NCBI GenBank assembly: GCA_010015585.1
Contig: ML975153.1
Source of the DNA: Eremomyces bilateralis CBS 781.70
Lineage: Eukaryota
DNA length: 64,000 nt
Reading direction: 5' to 3' (one strand)
The notes under the pieces are model-generated. The model did no database searches. It was not told the DNA's origin and was given only the letters and a program-made list of their open reading frames with translations. Shown one piece after another: positions 49,410-62,257 of the stretch (its first letter is position 1; each line of letters starts with the position of its first letter). Both the position numbers and the translations under genes were made by a program.

Positions 49410-51255
49410 ACGTAATCCACCAGCGAGTCGCCCAAACCACCGAGTCGCCCACCTCAACCGTGGCCCACTACCGTAACCTGAATATCTCAACAACTACTGA
49501 AGCAATTTATTAATTAGGAAGTAGGCTAGGATCTACGTTTTCTGTTATAGCTAATTGAGGCATTGTACAGGTCTCAACGCGATGTCCTGGCTCGCGACAG
49601 CGTCCGCAACGTCGCTGGCGCCTTGCGGGAACGTCATTAGAAGTACCATTTTCACTGATTATATCTTGATCCCGACGTTGTACAGCTAATTCAAGCCCAT
49701 CAGTAATTGAGCGCGTATTAGCGCCCTTAAGCACCTTTTTTTTGCGTTGTTTGCGCTTTGATAGCGTCTCGTTTGCCTTCCGAAGCTTTCCTATCTCGAC
49801 CTCCATGATTGAAGCTCCGTGCGCGACCATTTGAACACCCTTTTCAAGGCTTGAAAAGCTTTCTAAAAGCGGTGTTGGGGAGGTATTTTGATCTCTTTGA
49901 AGGCGCTGTCGTATGTACTCTGTTTGGGACCTTATTTCAGCGACGTTGCGTGGTGTTTGCGACTCCCATTGAGTGATCTCTGGTAATGGCGTCGGGGTCT
50001 GTAATCGGACATCAAGCTTTGAAATAACAGCTTCTGGATCGAAAGGCACTAATCCTGCGCCTTTGAAGGCGCCCTGGATATTCTCCGTAGCAATTGCTTT
50101 TTCGAAGGCGGTCTTGAAAGCAGGTAAAAAGTCCTCTTTCGTGATGTGGTTGATGCGGCACCGGATAAAGTCCTCAATCTCCTTGCTATACGCGCGCTTT
50201 AATGGCCCAAAACAGCCAACGTCGAGGGGTTGTAGCAAATGAGATGAATGCGAAGGCATGCAGAGAGTAATAATCTTCTGGTCCTTGCAGAAATCCTGGA
50301 ATTGGATAGTGTCATGGCTGTTATGGCCATCCATAATCAGAAGCCGATAGGCGCCAGTCGTACGGTCTTCTGTGAAGCGATTAAAATGCTTTAACCACTC
50401 AAATCCATGCTCAAGGGACGTCCAGCCCTTCTCGCTAACTGATAGAACCCAATCAGGCCTATCCGCAATCGCCTCGTACCAGGTATTGTAATGTCGAGCG
50501 CTTTTGAAGATGATGAAGGGTGGGACAATCCAACCTTGCGCGCTGGCAGCAATGATCGATGTCACCCATTCTGTATTGCCTGGCTGCAAGGTTTTTGGAG
50601 TCTGACGTCGTTCGGTACCCGTGATGACCATGCGCGTCCCGATTACGCCCATTTGAAAGCCAACTTCATCAAAGTTGTATGTATCTTCATCCAGGATACC
50701 GTATTTTGCCTTCACGTTGCGTACGAGGCGAAACCACGCGCCAATAATCTCTGGATCTTCGTTCAGGGCTCTTTTATAGTCGTACTTTCGATTAACACGT
50801 GTTTTGAGCTCTGGAACGCGTTGTACGAATCTTGAAGGCCAATTGATACCAACGTGAGCCTGACCGCGATCGCTGAGTAGCTTGTTGGCTATATCTCGCA
50901 ACATATCGTAATTGAGCTGAAATCCGCGCGCGTCGACATCGAGGCAGTAGTCGATAATCACCCTTTCTTCCATATTTGAGAGCTTTTTCGAATTCGGGAC
51001 ACAATCGCTTCGTGCAGTCATTCCGTTGCGGCGGTCACGTAAGGTACTCCACGGGACGTTGTAAGCTTTTGCAGCTTCTCGAATTGATTGAACTTGGTCT
51101 TGTTCGATAGTCTGGATGGCTAGGTTCATTCTAGCTTCATTTGAAGGTAATTAAGGGCTCTGTTGTTGAGACATTGCGAAAAAATCGTGATGATCGCTGT
51201 TACGGAGATGAAGTGGGCGACTCGGTGGTTTGGGCGACTCGCTGGTGGATTACGT
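49410..51255 (-). mobile_element. Fot1/pogo-family DNA transposon, full length (1846 bp)
   Basis: Perfect 43-bp TIRs ACGTAATCCACCAGCGAGTCGCCCAAACCACCGAGTCGCCCAC (49410-49452 and 51213-51255) with TA on both sides; CGAGTCGCCCA twice in each TIR. Confidence 0.97.
49510..51129 (-). CDS. pogo/Fot1 DDD transposase
   Basis: HTH_psq and CENP-B HTH, YNFDEVGF, LLIMDGHNSH, SHLLQPLDVGCFGPLK, C-terminal CGRCREPGHRVETC zinc knuckle. Confidence 0.95.
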   Translation of the reverse strand: MNLAIQTIEQDQVQSIREAAKAYNVPWSTLRDRRNGMTARSDCVPNSKKLSNMEERVIIDYCLDVDARGFQLNYDMLRDIANKLLSDRGQAHVGINWPSRFVQRVPELKTRVNRKYDYKRALNEDPEIIGAWFRLVRNVKAKYGILDEDTYNFDEVGFQMGVIGTRMVITGTERRQTPKTLQPGNTEWVTSIIAASAQGWIVPPFIIFKSARHYNTWYEAIADRPDWVLSVSEKGWTSLEHGFEWLKHFNRFTEDRTTGAYRLLIMDGHNSHDTIQFQDFCKDQKIITLCMPSHSSHLLQPLDVGCFGPLKRAYSKEIEDFIRCRINHITKEDFLPAFKTAFEKAIATENIQGAFKGAGLVPFDPEAVISKLDVRLQTPTPLPEITQWESQTPRNVAEIRSQTEYIRQRLQRDQNTSPTPLLESFSSLEKGVQMVAHGASIMEVEIGKLRKANETLSKRKQRKKKVLKGANTRSITDGLELAVQRRDQDIISENGTSNDVPARRQRRCGRCREPGHRVETCTMPQLAITENVDPSLLPN

Positions 51256-51339
51256 TAGTTAAATAGTTAACTTAACTTAGTTAATGCTAGTAATTACATC
51301 ACAGCATGATGCCGTATATAAAGCCATGCCCGGAACCGA

Positions 51340-52449
51340 TTACTCCACAAGCTTGATACAAACCTTGCCAATGTGAGTCCCCGAAGACGCATACTCATAA
51401 GCGTTTACCACATCCTCCTGCGTGAACTTAAACTCCCTCTCAACCGGTAGGCGAAGTTCTTTGCGAGCGACAAATTGAACCACCTCTTCGAGCAGCTGAG
51501 TAGAACCGACGATGACGCCACGCACGACAGCGCCCTTAGAAAGTGCTAGACCAGCTACATCAGGCATCTCGGACTGCTTGGCTTGCGACAGAAAGCCAAT
51601 AACGGAGACATTTCCACCCATCTTGACGCAATTCAGGCTCTCTGCAATGGTGCCCGAGCCATCATTCTCGAGAACATAGTCTACACCTTCGCCATTAGTG
51701 AGCCTCAAAACTTCCTTGGACCACTCCGGATGGGTTTTGTAGTTGACACCGTGATCGGCACCAAATCTGGATTTGGCCAGTTCGAGCTTCTCATCGCTGG
51801 AGGAGGTCACAATGGTGGTCGCACCGGCAGCTTTAGCCAAAATTAAGCCAGTAATCGCAACACCTCCAGTTCCTGATTTGACGTCAGCAAAAATTGGTCG
51901 TTATTCTTCCTCTATGTCTAGTATAGATCTTGTATACCTTGGTATAAGACAGTCTGACCCGGTTTCAGAGGCAGGTTGGCCATACAGAGCGTTCCAGGCA
52001 GTCACGCCGGTGCAGACCACAGTCGACCATTCTGAAAAGTTCTGAGGCGAGTCTTTCCGGATTTTTACAGCCGATGTGGCAGGAATATTGACGTACTCGC
52101 GGAGAACCCCATCGATTGGGCCGCCTTGGCCATGGAACTAGTCCATTTGTTGTCCATAGAGATTCGTGATATCAAAGGTACCGACGACATGATCCCCCAC
52201 CGTGATTTTTTAAACCCCCTCTCCAACCCTGACGACGATTCCGGCCGCATCGGAACAAGGGATCACCCTATCCTTCACAGGGTATGGGTATTTTGACGTG
52301 GCTATCACAATGTCGCGGTAGTTCAGCGAAACACTATGAACCTTGATCAAAACCTCGTGCTTGGCTGGCTCAGATATCGACTCCTGGAACGCCTTTAGGC
52401 TGCGTACGGATTTTCTTTCGCCATCAATGCGGATCACGCTTTGTGACAT
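51340..52449 (-). pseudogene. Zinc-binding medium-chain dehydrogenase/reductase pseudogene
   Basis: VSLNYRD, IPCSDAAG, CTGVTAWNALYG, GTGGV, TSSSDEKL, HIGKVCI; stops TAA 52210-52212 and TAG 52138-52140, +1 frameshift at about 51980. Confidence 0.85.
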
Positions 52450-53141
52450 GTTGATAAGATATAAGAATGACAATGCTGAGGCAACCTTAAGAAAGATGAG
52501 GCTGGAGAGATACTTATAAATTTGCTCGATTTGCTCGGCTGGTTTGGGAGATGGCGGATTATATATCTAAGTTGGTGAGCCAATTGTGTCATCATACGGA
52601 GTATAAGGTAACTAGCTAATAAATAAGTGTCACACTAAGGTCATCTGACTTCAGTGCGTGTTGAGGGCTTTGCTCGGAGATGTCCATCCAATACATCGCT
52701 CTTCTCTCTCATACGTGATCTTTGCTCGATTGGAGTCTTCTCCACACAAAGCATCCCATCACCCATACCTAGGGCGATTCAAATGCTGATTCGTCTAACC
52801 TGCCTTCTTAATGAAGATTTGAAGCTTATATCCGACGTATAAAGGAGTGCAGGTAACTCCCTATGCATCTCCATGATTAGGAACGATCTCGGGTTTACCT
52901 CGGAGACGAGCTCGGTAGAAGTCCGGAACTGGGGATATTGTACGCCACCTCCGCACTCCATGTCGTGATACGTTTGCCAGTCTTATCTTTTGGCAAGTGT
53001 TTTCAGGACTGAACGTCAACGAGGTGGTAATTATGCCTCATGTCTCCTTCACATTCAGTTGAATTTGACTTAGCATCCAGGTCACTGAGCCCATAATCGA
53101 CACCCACTAGATTGTTGTTCATCTGATCCAGGCTATTCAGG

Positions 53142-54274
53142 ATGGCGATAGCTGTGAGTGTGACCTTGACGTGCACCAGAAATTCGTTCGAATCTGTCCT
53201 TTCGCATCTTGCAATGCGTCATTATTCGGACTTCTGAGTCAATGTTGTGTCAAGGCTGATACTGGCCAGGCGGTAGGGCAAATATGCTCAACGTCCAGCA
53301 TGATGGATAATCTGCTCCAATGCCAGAATCTGGTTCAAAAAGCAGCTTCTGCCGGAGCAAAAGTTAGTACTGTCTTATCTTTCCGAACCATATTTTGTAA
53401 ACCCGACGTCAGTTGTTGATCTCGAATGTTGAACAAGGAAGCAGGCTATCTTTTTCCCTGAGGCCAGTGATTATATCGCCTCCTCGGCTGCCGAGTCCGT
53501 ATCCTTGGCCCGGTCCCTCGAGGAGAGTGACTTCGTCCAAGGCCTGCAGCGGTCCGCAAGCGAGAATAAGATCCATATCAACGTCGGAGTCCATGCCCCG
53601 GCCGAAGGGGGCATCAGAGTCAAAAATCTGTTGTTGTGGATCGATGACAACGGGAAAATTACCGAGCAATATCAGAAACTGCATCTGTTCGATGTCGAGA
53701 TAAAAGATGGGCCCGTTCTACGTGAGAGCCAGTGAGTTATCGGAGGGATTTCGGACCCGACGCTTGCTAAGCCTATTGTAGCAGCGTGGAGAAGGGTGAT
53801 AGCATTCTGCCTCCATTTGACACCGTTTTGGGTAGAGTTGGCCTTGCCATTTGCTTTGATGTACGGTCTTCCATCCATATCGTCCGTTGTCATCGCTAAG
53901 TCCTGATGTTCCAGCTCCGATTTCCGGAAATCTCCGTGGCGCTGAGGCGACGGAACGCCGACATCATCACTTTCCCTTCGGCATTCACTATACCGACAGG
54001 CAAGGCCCACTGGGAAGTGCTGCTGCGAGCGCGAGCCATTGAGACGCAATCGTACGTCGTAGCAGCCGCTCAGGTTGGCCAGCACAATGAGAAGCGGGTG
54101 AGCTACGGGCATAGTATGATTATATCTCCATGGGGTTCCGTTTTGGCCGAGTTAGGTGGTGATTGGAACGGTGGGCCCGAGTTGGCGACAGCAGAGATCG
54201 ACCTGAGTTCAATAGAGAAGATAAGAAAAGAGATGCCACTATTGAGGAGGACGGATGTATACCCGGAGATATAG
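53142..54274 (+). CDS. NIT2: Nitrilase-superfamily deaminated-glutathione amidase (Nit1/NitFhit type)
   Basis: MAIA / AVGQICST, FPEASDYI (E), YQKLHLFDV (K), GLAICFD/LRFPE (C), TGKAHWEVLLRARAIETQ. Confidence 0.88.
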
Positions 54275-54428
54275 CCCGATCAATTGATTGGATCGCAGCG
54301 TGCATGTTGCGAACGATAGTAAATATAACGAACTGTAACGAGCCCGACAACAAGAGAGCAAATGGGGTATCATTAACACCGGACACCGGGACGGTTCTCC
54401 TCACAACGCCAAACAGAACCATGGAAAG

Positions 54429-55667
54429 TTAAACAAAAGCTTGAACCACCAGACCTTCAGACCATCCCTGTGATGGAAGGGACAGGTTATTAAGGAGCAC
54501 TTTGCCCATGAGGACCACCCGAATCTTAGCGTCCCCCTCCAGCTAAAACATAGTCAGCAACGAGATAGACCAATTATGGCAGGGTCAACATACCTGGCAT
54601 TTGTGCCTGATTCGACGAACCAGGACCTCGACATTGTCATCTCTCCGGATCCTACAGGTAATGTCTCTGGCTGCCGTCGCAACCCTGACCGGCACTCGAA
54701 CTATATGCTCCTCTGGAACTTCTGGTTCTTCGGGAGCCTTCGCCTTGCCCTTGGCGTCCGAGTTGTGACCGTCATGAGCATGTCCGTTCCCCGCGACTGC
54801 CACCAGCGCCGCGGACATTCTGGAACCCCCCTGACCTTCCACAACTCCGAGCGGATCGGTGACGACCCACGCCGGGACGAAATAATGATTGCCACGCTCG
54901 TCCCACACGCCACCTCTCAGCTGGGTGCGCGTGCGTCGGGGAAGCAGGCCGGCCCGCCTGGCTTCTTGGTCCGCGATGTCTTTGCCCTCGACCCACAGGC
55001 GTCCGGATGGACAACTCAGCCCCGATGCGCGAAGGATGGCCGTCGCCGTCGCCAAGTTCGATTCGCCGCCGGAACGAATGACGTCGCATGCGCTGCGAAG
55101 GGCGCTCCAAGCGTTCACGTCCCCGCCCACCTGCGTATCGAAGAACGCCTCGCGCTCGCTCTCGAGATACCGGCGTGTGAGCGGCATCTGCACCGAGCTA
55201 TGAGCAATTGAGCTGGGTCCGTCGGCACCTGTTGGTGCAGCGGCTACATAGTTTCTGGATGGTGGATTGACGTCCTTTGGAGATGGGGGACTGTCTAAAC
55301 TCCAATTGTCGCCTCGGCCGCCCCGATGCCTGGAACGCCCGGAGCCGGATGGGATAGCAGCGGCTGTAGATACGCCTCCTTCGCCCGTTCCATCGCCCGT
55401 ATCAGGAGCAAGCCGGGCTGTTGATGCTGTTCGAATGTCTCCAACTGAATTATTTGCGCTAAAACCCGCCCCTCTTGCATTAGATAAACTGTCTCGTGTG
55501 GACTGAGGAATGTAATTCGTCGCGTACACTTGTCCAATGGCAGAAACGTTAGTTTGAGCAGTTTGCTCGCCGTTATCTGCAGTCCGAGAGACACAGCAAC
55601 CCTGCAGACGGAACAATTAGCTGATAGGTTCCCATATACTCTCACCTCCCTCCAGCAACCATACCAT
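54429..55667 (-). CDS. Ubiquitin-domain-containing protein (UBTD/DC-UbP-like), predicted N-myristoyl/palmitoyl
   Basis: ATG-only exon then GCCVSR; LE.EREAFFDTQV.G....W.ALR.AC, VWDERGN.Y.VP.W; C-terminal ubiquitin-like exon KIRVVLMGKVL...QGW..G.VVQAFV*. Confidence 0.8.
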
Positions 55668-56445
55668 GACGTCGTCTTTTGCCCGTATAATTGCTTTTTA
55701 TAGGGACCTTGAGGTCGGGGCCTTTGCGGTGTGTTCGATAGCGGTCAAAAGATCGAGTGGAGACGGTAGAGTCGATGACTGTGACGAAACGTGGTGCGGG
55801 AAGCCTTCTGGATGCGACCAAATTCCCGCAGTGTGGGAGAAGAGGTTTCTAAGCAATGAAGGTCACCTCGATCTACCCGGTTCGATGCGTTGCAAGCTGA
55901 CTTGGACAGCAAGATCGGAAACGAATGTCCAGCCCTTGGAGCCGATGGCTCGCCCGGATCCAAGCATGAGAGGAGTCAGGAGGGGTCCGATAGCGTCCTC
56001 ATGGCAAGCTGATTCCTTACGCTTGCGACGGGTAGAGTAGGGTATGGTAGGAGCAAAGGAAGTTATGGTATGGTGCGAATCCAAAGTCAAATGAATGTTC
56101 TGCGATCCGAGATGGCATCAGGAAGTTGATGGATACTACGTAGTAGAATGATATCGTAGGTGGAGAGCTGGGGTGACCTAACCTGTTATGGACTAGCTTG
56201 TGGCGTTCACAGCGGGGCGTTTAGTCAGCCTCACCTAGGCATTAGGGACACGCGACATAGATAGGCAGAAGCACATGACCACTTCAACGACAACATCGAA
56301 CGTCCTCTTTTGTTCGGATTCAAATTCTCCAACCAGAAGAATTCTATGTTTTTATTATAATTATAATTCTAGCATTGTGTCTAGTGCCATGTTCCGCCCA
56401 TTGGGTTCTGAGAGGACGAAACGCGAATGAAAGAGGAGGGTAACG

Positions 56446-57187
56446 ATGGTATTTCTGGGAGATACCTGTGCAGAAACTCTCTATCCGGAAACCCCCTTTG
56501 AGCCATTTGTCTTCCTCCAGCCATCATTTCGGGATCTTTACCTGGAAATGGATGGCCCTTGGACTTTCGTATCTCGTCATGGACGGGTTGTAGTTTGTCC
56601 AACCCCATCCAGGCTCGAGGCGGTCCATTGTTCGAGAGATCCGGTCATCATAGAGCACCACCTTGATCCTCCTTTGGCCCTTTCCATGCTTTCCATGCCT
56701 ACTATTTCCGGCAATTATTGTACTTTCCGAGGTCTCGAACCAATTGATTTCTTTGTGATCTCTTCGAATCTTAAAGTCATGCTCTTAACTACGTCTTCCC
56801 CCCTCCTGAACAGCGCTATCCGGGTTAGTGTGGTGGAACATTAGAAGGGTCACTACTATGACCACGGATACGCCCAAAGATCCCGCTAATGAACATTTGG
56901 CTCAGCAAGTCGTCGGAGTTGCAGGATTTCCATCCCGCATCGCGGTTAGCCTAAAGTTGGTTGCCCCTCTACTCTTGCAAGCAGGGGATGGTCGTGCACC
57001 TGCCGTGGGGTTCCACCTTGCTCTTGCCCATGTGCACGAATTATGCCACGCGGCATGGATCATGGTGACACCAGATGATGACTATGTAGAGGCTTTCATT
57101 GGCCCGGATAACCCAACCAGTGAGTTGGGATGGCAGTGGGAGCGTCATATCGGCATGGTACATACCCTTCAATGGCATCGATCGTAG
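56446..57187 (+). pseudogene. Degraded gene with HEXXH metallopeptidase-like motif
   Basis: FHLALAHVHELCHAAW...E.FI...SELGWQWE in ORF 56828-57187; upstream frames are discontinuous. Confidence 0.4.
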
Positions 57188-57579
57188 ATAGCGGACCTCC
57201 CGAGCCGCCCGCCATGGCTAGATCCGGATGAGCCAAATCTACCATCCTATTCAGACTGCGTCTATGTGCGGGACTACTTAGGATGATTGAGACCATCCCC
57301 TCGTGTTGGAGATTACTTCGACATCGTCACGTTCGAGGCGAGGAGCGTCGACACGTCCCCAATGCTTTCGTAGGATCTCGTTAGTAAAGGTGTATATAGT
57401 CTACCGCAAACATTTAACGTCACACTGTATGGCCAAGTCACGGAGAAGCTAATTTGGGCGGCGCATACAATCACTGGTAGAGGTATATTCGAGGTTCGGC
57501 AAGAGCCCCATCCTTATACAAGAAAATTGGTGGCCACGAATAGTATATCATTTATGTTTTCTTCATTCATTGACCCCAC

Positions 57580-60500
57580 TCAGGCGTCCTTCCTTTGCTC
57601 TTCACTAGTAGGGATCCAAATACAGATACCTCGCTTATCAACCTTCACGTCAGCGTATGTCCGGTAGCACACATGAGGCACGCTCCGTGCCACCGGGGCC
57701 GTGCATTTGGCAGGAATGACCCTCAGCGTCTTGTTGAAGTACCGGTCCTGCACCCTCAGCGACGGGTAGACCCAGTCGCCCTGCACCAGCGGATAGAGCA
57801 CGTATTCGACTGTGCGGCGGCTCATCGGCAACAGATTCAGGGAACGGACCTTGGGGCCGCTGAAGGCGAATTCGCTGGAGGCGTCCATGGCGATGTCGAA
57901 GGTGAGGTAGTGGAGAGAGGGATTCTCGAGCGTGTATGAGAGGTGGATTAGGAGAGCGTCAGTTGTCGTCGGAGTAAGGGTCGGCGTCGACGGGGTGGAT
58001 GCCCAGGACGACAGCCCTGCATGCGCAAGAACTCGAGGCTCACTGTTCGGAACCAGGAGACGCGGTACTCCCAACGTCGACGTGACGGATTCACTACTCG
58101 CATTGGCTCCCGATGACCTTCTCCACGTAATCTCCAACGACACGTCGAGCGAGATGGCTCGCCGATCGTCCAGGGTGGATTTGCGAACAGTGAGGTCGAA
58201 GGACTTGCGACACGGCTGGCGGGGCTGGAGGACTATGGCTTTCTGGTCATCGTCGGGCGTAATCGAACACACCGCTCCGGTGAGCGCAGTGGCCAGCGAT
58301 AAGGATGCAGACTCGATGGTGACCTCCGCCTCGGCGAACGACACGATGTGGGCGCCGAGCCCCCACTCCTGGGCAATGCCTTGCGCTCGACCGGCCGTGT
58401 CCGAGCCGACGGCGTCATCGCTCATATGGAAGTACGAAGGCCATGGTTCAGGATGTAGTCGAGGTGCAAACTCATAGCTTGCCTCAAACGCGCCGACGAA
58501 GATGACCCCGACGCTGACCGTCTTCGATAGCGGGGTCTGTTGATCCGATTGCAGTTGGTAGGTGAGCTGAAGTTCTAGCGCATATTCAAACGGTGCCGAT
58601 GGTGCCGTGAACGTGATGGTTTCTCGGCTCGTCTGCCCCGCGCTGAGAGGTCCAAAGGGATGAGAGTCCGATGCATCATGACCACCGCTGGCACCAGGGG
58701 ACGAGACCGATGAGCTCCAAAGGGTCTTAATCTCCTCTTCCCCTCCGGCTCGACCGATCAATTCTGCGTGGAGTGTCCCAGTTGCTTCTTCTTCCTCGTG
58801 GTTGGCGAGATCAACATGGAGCACAACGGTCTCGTCGGTGTAATACTGTTCTTCGAGGTTGGGCAAGGTCACATCAATCTTGGGGGGCTTGGGGAGAATC
58901 GTCATGTCAGGCCCAATCTCGCCGGTGACGTGCTTTCTCCTCACACCCCTGGCGCTCCGCAGCCACCAAGCTGGTCTCCGGTCCCCCGTTTCAAGCGAAT
59001 TCGAAACCCTGAAGGGGATACCGCCGGGTGCAAGCCGGTATGTGATGTTCGTGACTTTCAATTCCCCCGATCTGCGAGGGATGAAGCTGCCTTGGAACAC
59101 CTTCTGTTTACCTGGAGCCATGGTGAGATTAGTAGCACTGGAAATGGTGAGCGACATCGGATCAGCCGAGTCGTCGACGAGGTCAACGTTGACCAACGTT
59201 ATTCTCGAGCCATCTGTGGCATCCGAACTCTCTGGCGTATGCTGATGTGACAGTTTGATCTGCTGCAAAGGCCCTTCAAACTCCACAATAATATCTTCAA
59301 GACGCAGAGCCGACGAAGCCTCATGTGCATCGAACTCCAGCTCCAGCTGAAATGTCAGAGTGTCGGCCACATGTCCTTGGACCGCCTCAAAAGCGAAGCG
59401 GGTGTGCAGTGGAGAAACCACCGCCTGGGCGTCGAGGTGGGCACCACCGGTCGTGGCCGGGTCTATCTCAACACCATCTAAACACCTCATGAAATCATAC
59501 GTGACGTCCTCGTGCTTTTTGAGCGCCCGACTCAGTAGCTCCCACTGCGTCTCCAGAATCGTCTCGATGTCCCCAACGCGATGCGCGCATTGGTTCAGGA
59601 GGTACGTGGTTTCGTTCACCAGGTCCCACCACCGTTCGCTCCGCCAACGCATCCCCTTCCAGAGCGGCTTGAGCGTGGCCAGCGCTTGGTCGAAAGCGCC
59701 GGCGTCGAACAACTCCTTTCCCGTTTGCAGCCGGAGATGGTCGACGAAGCGCCGCTGCTCGCGGCGGAAGAACTCACCGCTGGACTCGTTTAGAAGGTTG
59801 ACGATATCCGCCGTGTGGTCATAGCCTTCGGATCCATCGGGGATGGGGAATTCGACGTGAGGTTCCGGGCAAAGGTATGTATCATATGTCGCTGCGCGAT
59901 GGGCGACTTGCCCAGCGGGAGACTGGCCCGGGGGATTGCGATCCTCATCCGGAATCTCCATGGCGATCTGTTTCCGGTGCTTGGCATGCGTCGCGGCTTT
60001 GAGGAGCCAGTATCCCGGGTGGTGCAAATGCTGCCACGGCGAGATCCGTTCGCCGACTGGGAACGCTTTCTCGACCGGCGAGAATACCGCCTGCTCTTTC
60101 GCGTCGGCGCTCTCGGATTCCGTGCCGGACGCGGTGAACCACGGCAGCTCCGCGCGCTGGATTAGCTCGGCGAGGATCTTCGCCCACCGGGACTCCCACG
60201 CCTGCCAGCCGTAGCATGCAGTCCCCTTTCCGCGCTGGTCGATGACGATCTGCGATTGTTCGCGGTACATCGCGTAGAACTGGACGGCAGACGTCGTCTG
60301 CCCGTTCCAGAGCATACATCGGAGATTGCGCAACGCGACGACGTCCGCGAGGAGGCGGACCTCGTCCCATCGCGGAGACCAGGTCGGGGTGGTCTGGAAC
60401 GGGCCGTCGGCAGCGAAGAGCGCCTCGATCGCCGAGATGTAGTGCCGGCTGGCCGCGTCCATCTCCTGTCGGAATTCGGCGAAGACGCCAAGCTTGAATT

Positions 60501-61462
60501 CATAGCGGACGTTCCATCCAATGGCAGGCAGCGCCTGGGATGTCCCCAGCGTCGGTGGCAGTGTCGGTGAAGGAATGGTACCTCTGCCTTTCTTCCTCCG
60601 AGAATGCTTGGTTAAATCGCGGTAGTACTCGATGCACAGCGGTGATATGGCGGAGAGAATCGAGACCACCAGTGAGGGCCGCTCCTGGGCAGATACACCG
60701 GCCGGCACGAAGAATAGGGAACTCTTCGCATCCAACCCGGTGGCGCGGCGGATATTCGACATTCGCTCGTCCACATCGGCAGAGCCCTGGACGGATTTCC
60801 CGCCCAGAAGAACGACCGCATACCGCGTTCGATACTCGCTTTTCGCTAGCGCCCCCTTGATCCGGTTGATCTCGCTCTTGAGCTGGTTGTCGTGCAGGCT
60901 GTTGGTGCTCGGGTTGGATTCGAAGGCGAAGCAGGATACGAACACCGCAGGGACGCTGTCCTGGTGCTTCGACGTCCACAGCGGAGTCATCAACCCGTCC
61001 GGGTATAGGGGCGAGTTCGGCGAGAGCGGGGAGATGGGCGAATGGAGCACGAGAGTATGATCGTGGGAGTCGGAAGCGCTGCCGAATGCTTCTAGTCCGG
61101 GTTGGTTGGTCGGGGGAGCGGCTTTCTTGGGAGGAAACTTAAACGTCTGCCACGTATTAGCATGCTGTAGATAGATCATTTCCATTCCTCATATATACCG
61201 GCCCAATTGCCTGTATCTTCAACGGCAATAACGCCCCCTTGGACCGCGCGTTTCTCCCATTCCAAGCAGTTGAAGTGCCATCGCAACTTAGAAACTCGTT
61301 CAGCAACTGCGCCGCCCCGTCGCCGTCAAGGGACCCGAACTGCGATCCGAGCTCGCCACGCTCTTCTTTGGCCGGCCGGGCGCCATGAGAAGGGAGCTTG
61401 ATGCCGGAGAGCACGACTAGCGGGATGTTATGCGCGGCGTAGGATTCGGGAAAGGCGTCCAT
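57580..61462 (-). CDS. TRAPP III subunit TRAPPC11 (foie gras/Gryzun)
   Basis: MDAFP..Y.AHN.PLVVLSG; LHSPISPLSP.SPLYPDGLM.P.W, EYYRDL.KH.RRK, GW..RYEFKLG.FAEFRQE, FAFSGPK...L.LLP.SR. Confidence 0.88.
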
Positions 61463-62257
61463 GGCGGGTAGCAAACGGGCTCTGCCGCCCTTCGGTGGAG
61501 TGGAGGAGGCGTCAGAAGAGAGGCACTGGCGGAGCACGTATGCAGGATGTGAGCATAGTTAATGGTCGGTCGCGGTTATGAGGCGGTTCCGTCGTAGCGG
61601 GTCTGATATCCGAAAGGTTGGCTGGAAGCTGCGGGAGTAAATTGCATCAGCTAGCAGTTGAACAGAGTATTACTAGTGGTACTGACATATCTGGCACATG
61701 GTCGGGAATTCGGGTTAATTCCGGAGGCAATACGGCACCAGCCGCTGCGATATGAATGTATGGAATTACTTAGATGCAATTACTTGGAACTCGGAGCTTG
61801 AGCAAGCAGAGGGGGAATATGTGAGCAAATAAGGAATATCTAGGCGGCGAGAAGCTGGACCCCATGGGCACAAGCCACCTCCCGCTGGGTCCTCCGTCCA
61901 CTGCAACGAAAGGGATGTCACCTCAACTCAAAATATGACGATTACAGACATTGTAAAATATGCCTACTTGACGATAACTGGAGCCATATGGTGTCGCCTA
62001 GAACTCCAAAAGACACTTTCCGTCATACAATTCAAGCGCCACAGCATCTCCGGATACGACCATGGTCGAAGTTTGAAGAAGAGAGCACGACCGCGTGGTT
62101 GGCGATACCAACCCGGTCTCTGCTGGTATTAGGAGCCATTTATTGGAACTAATGCAATCCTTCATCTGGCTGTCCCATTATAACTATTCTTCATTGCCCT
62201 CTAGGCTCACATACGACCCACCCAACGAGCGAGGCATGCCGCAGTCTGACCTCCACC

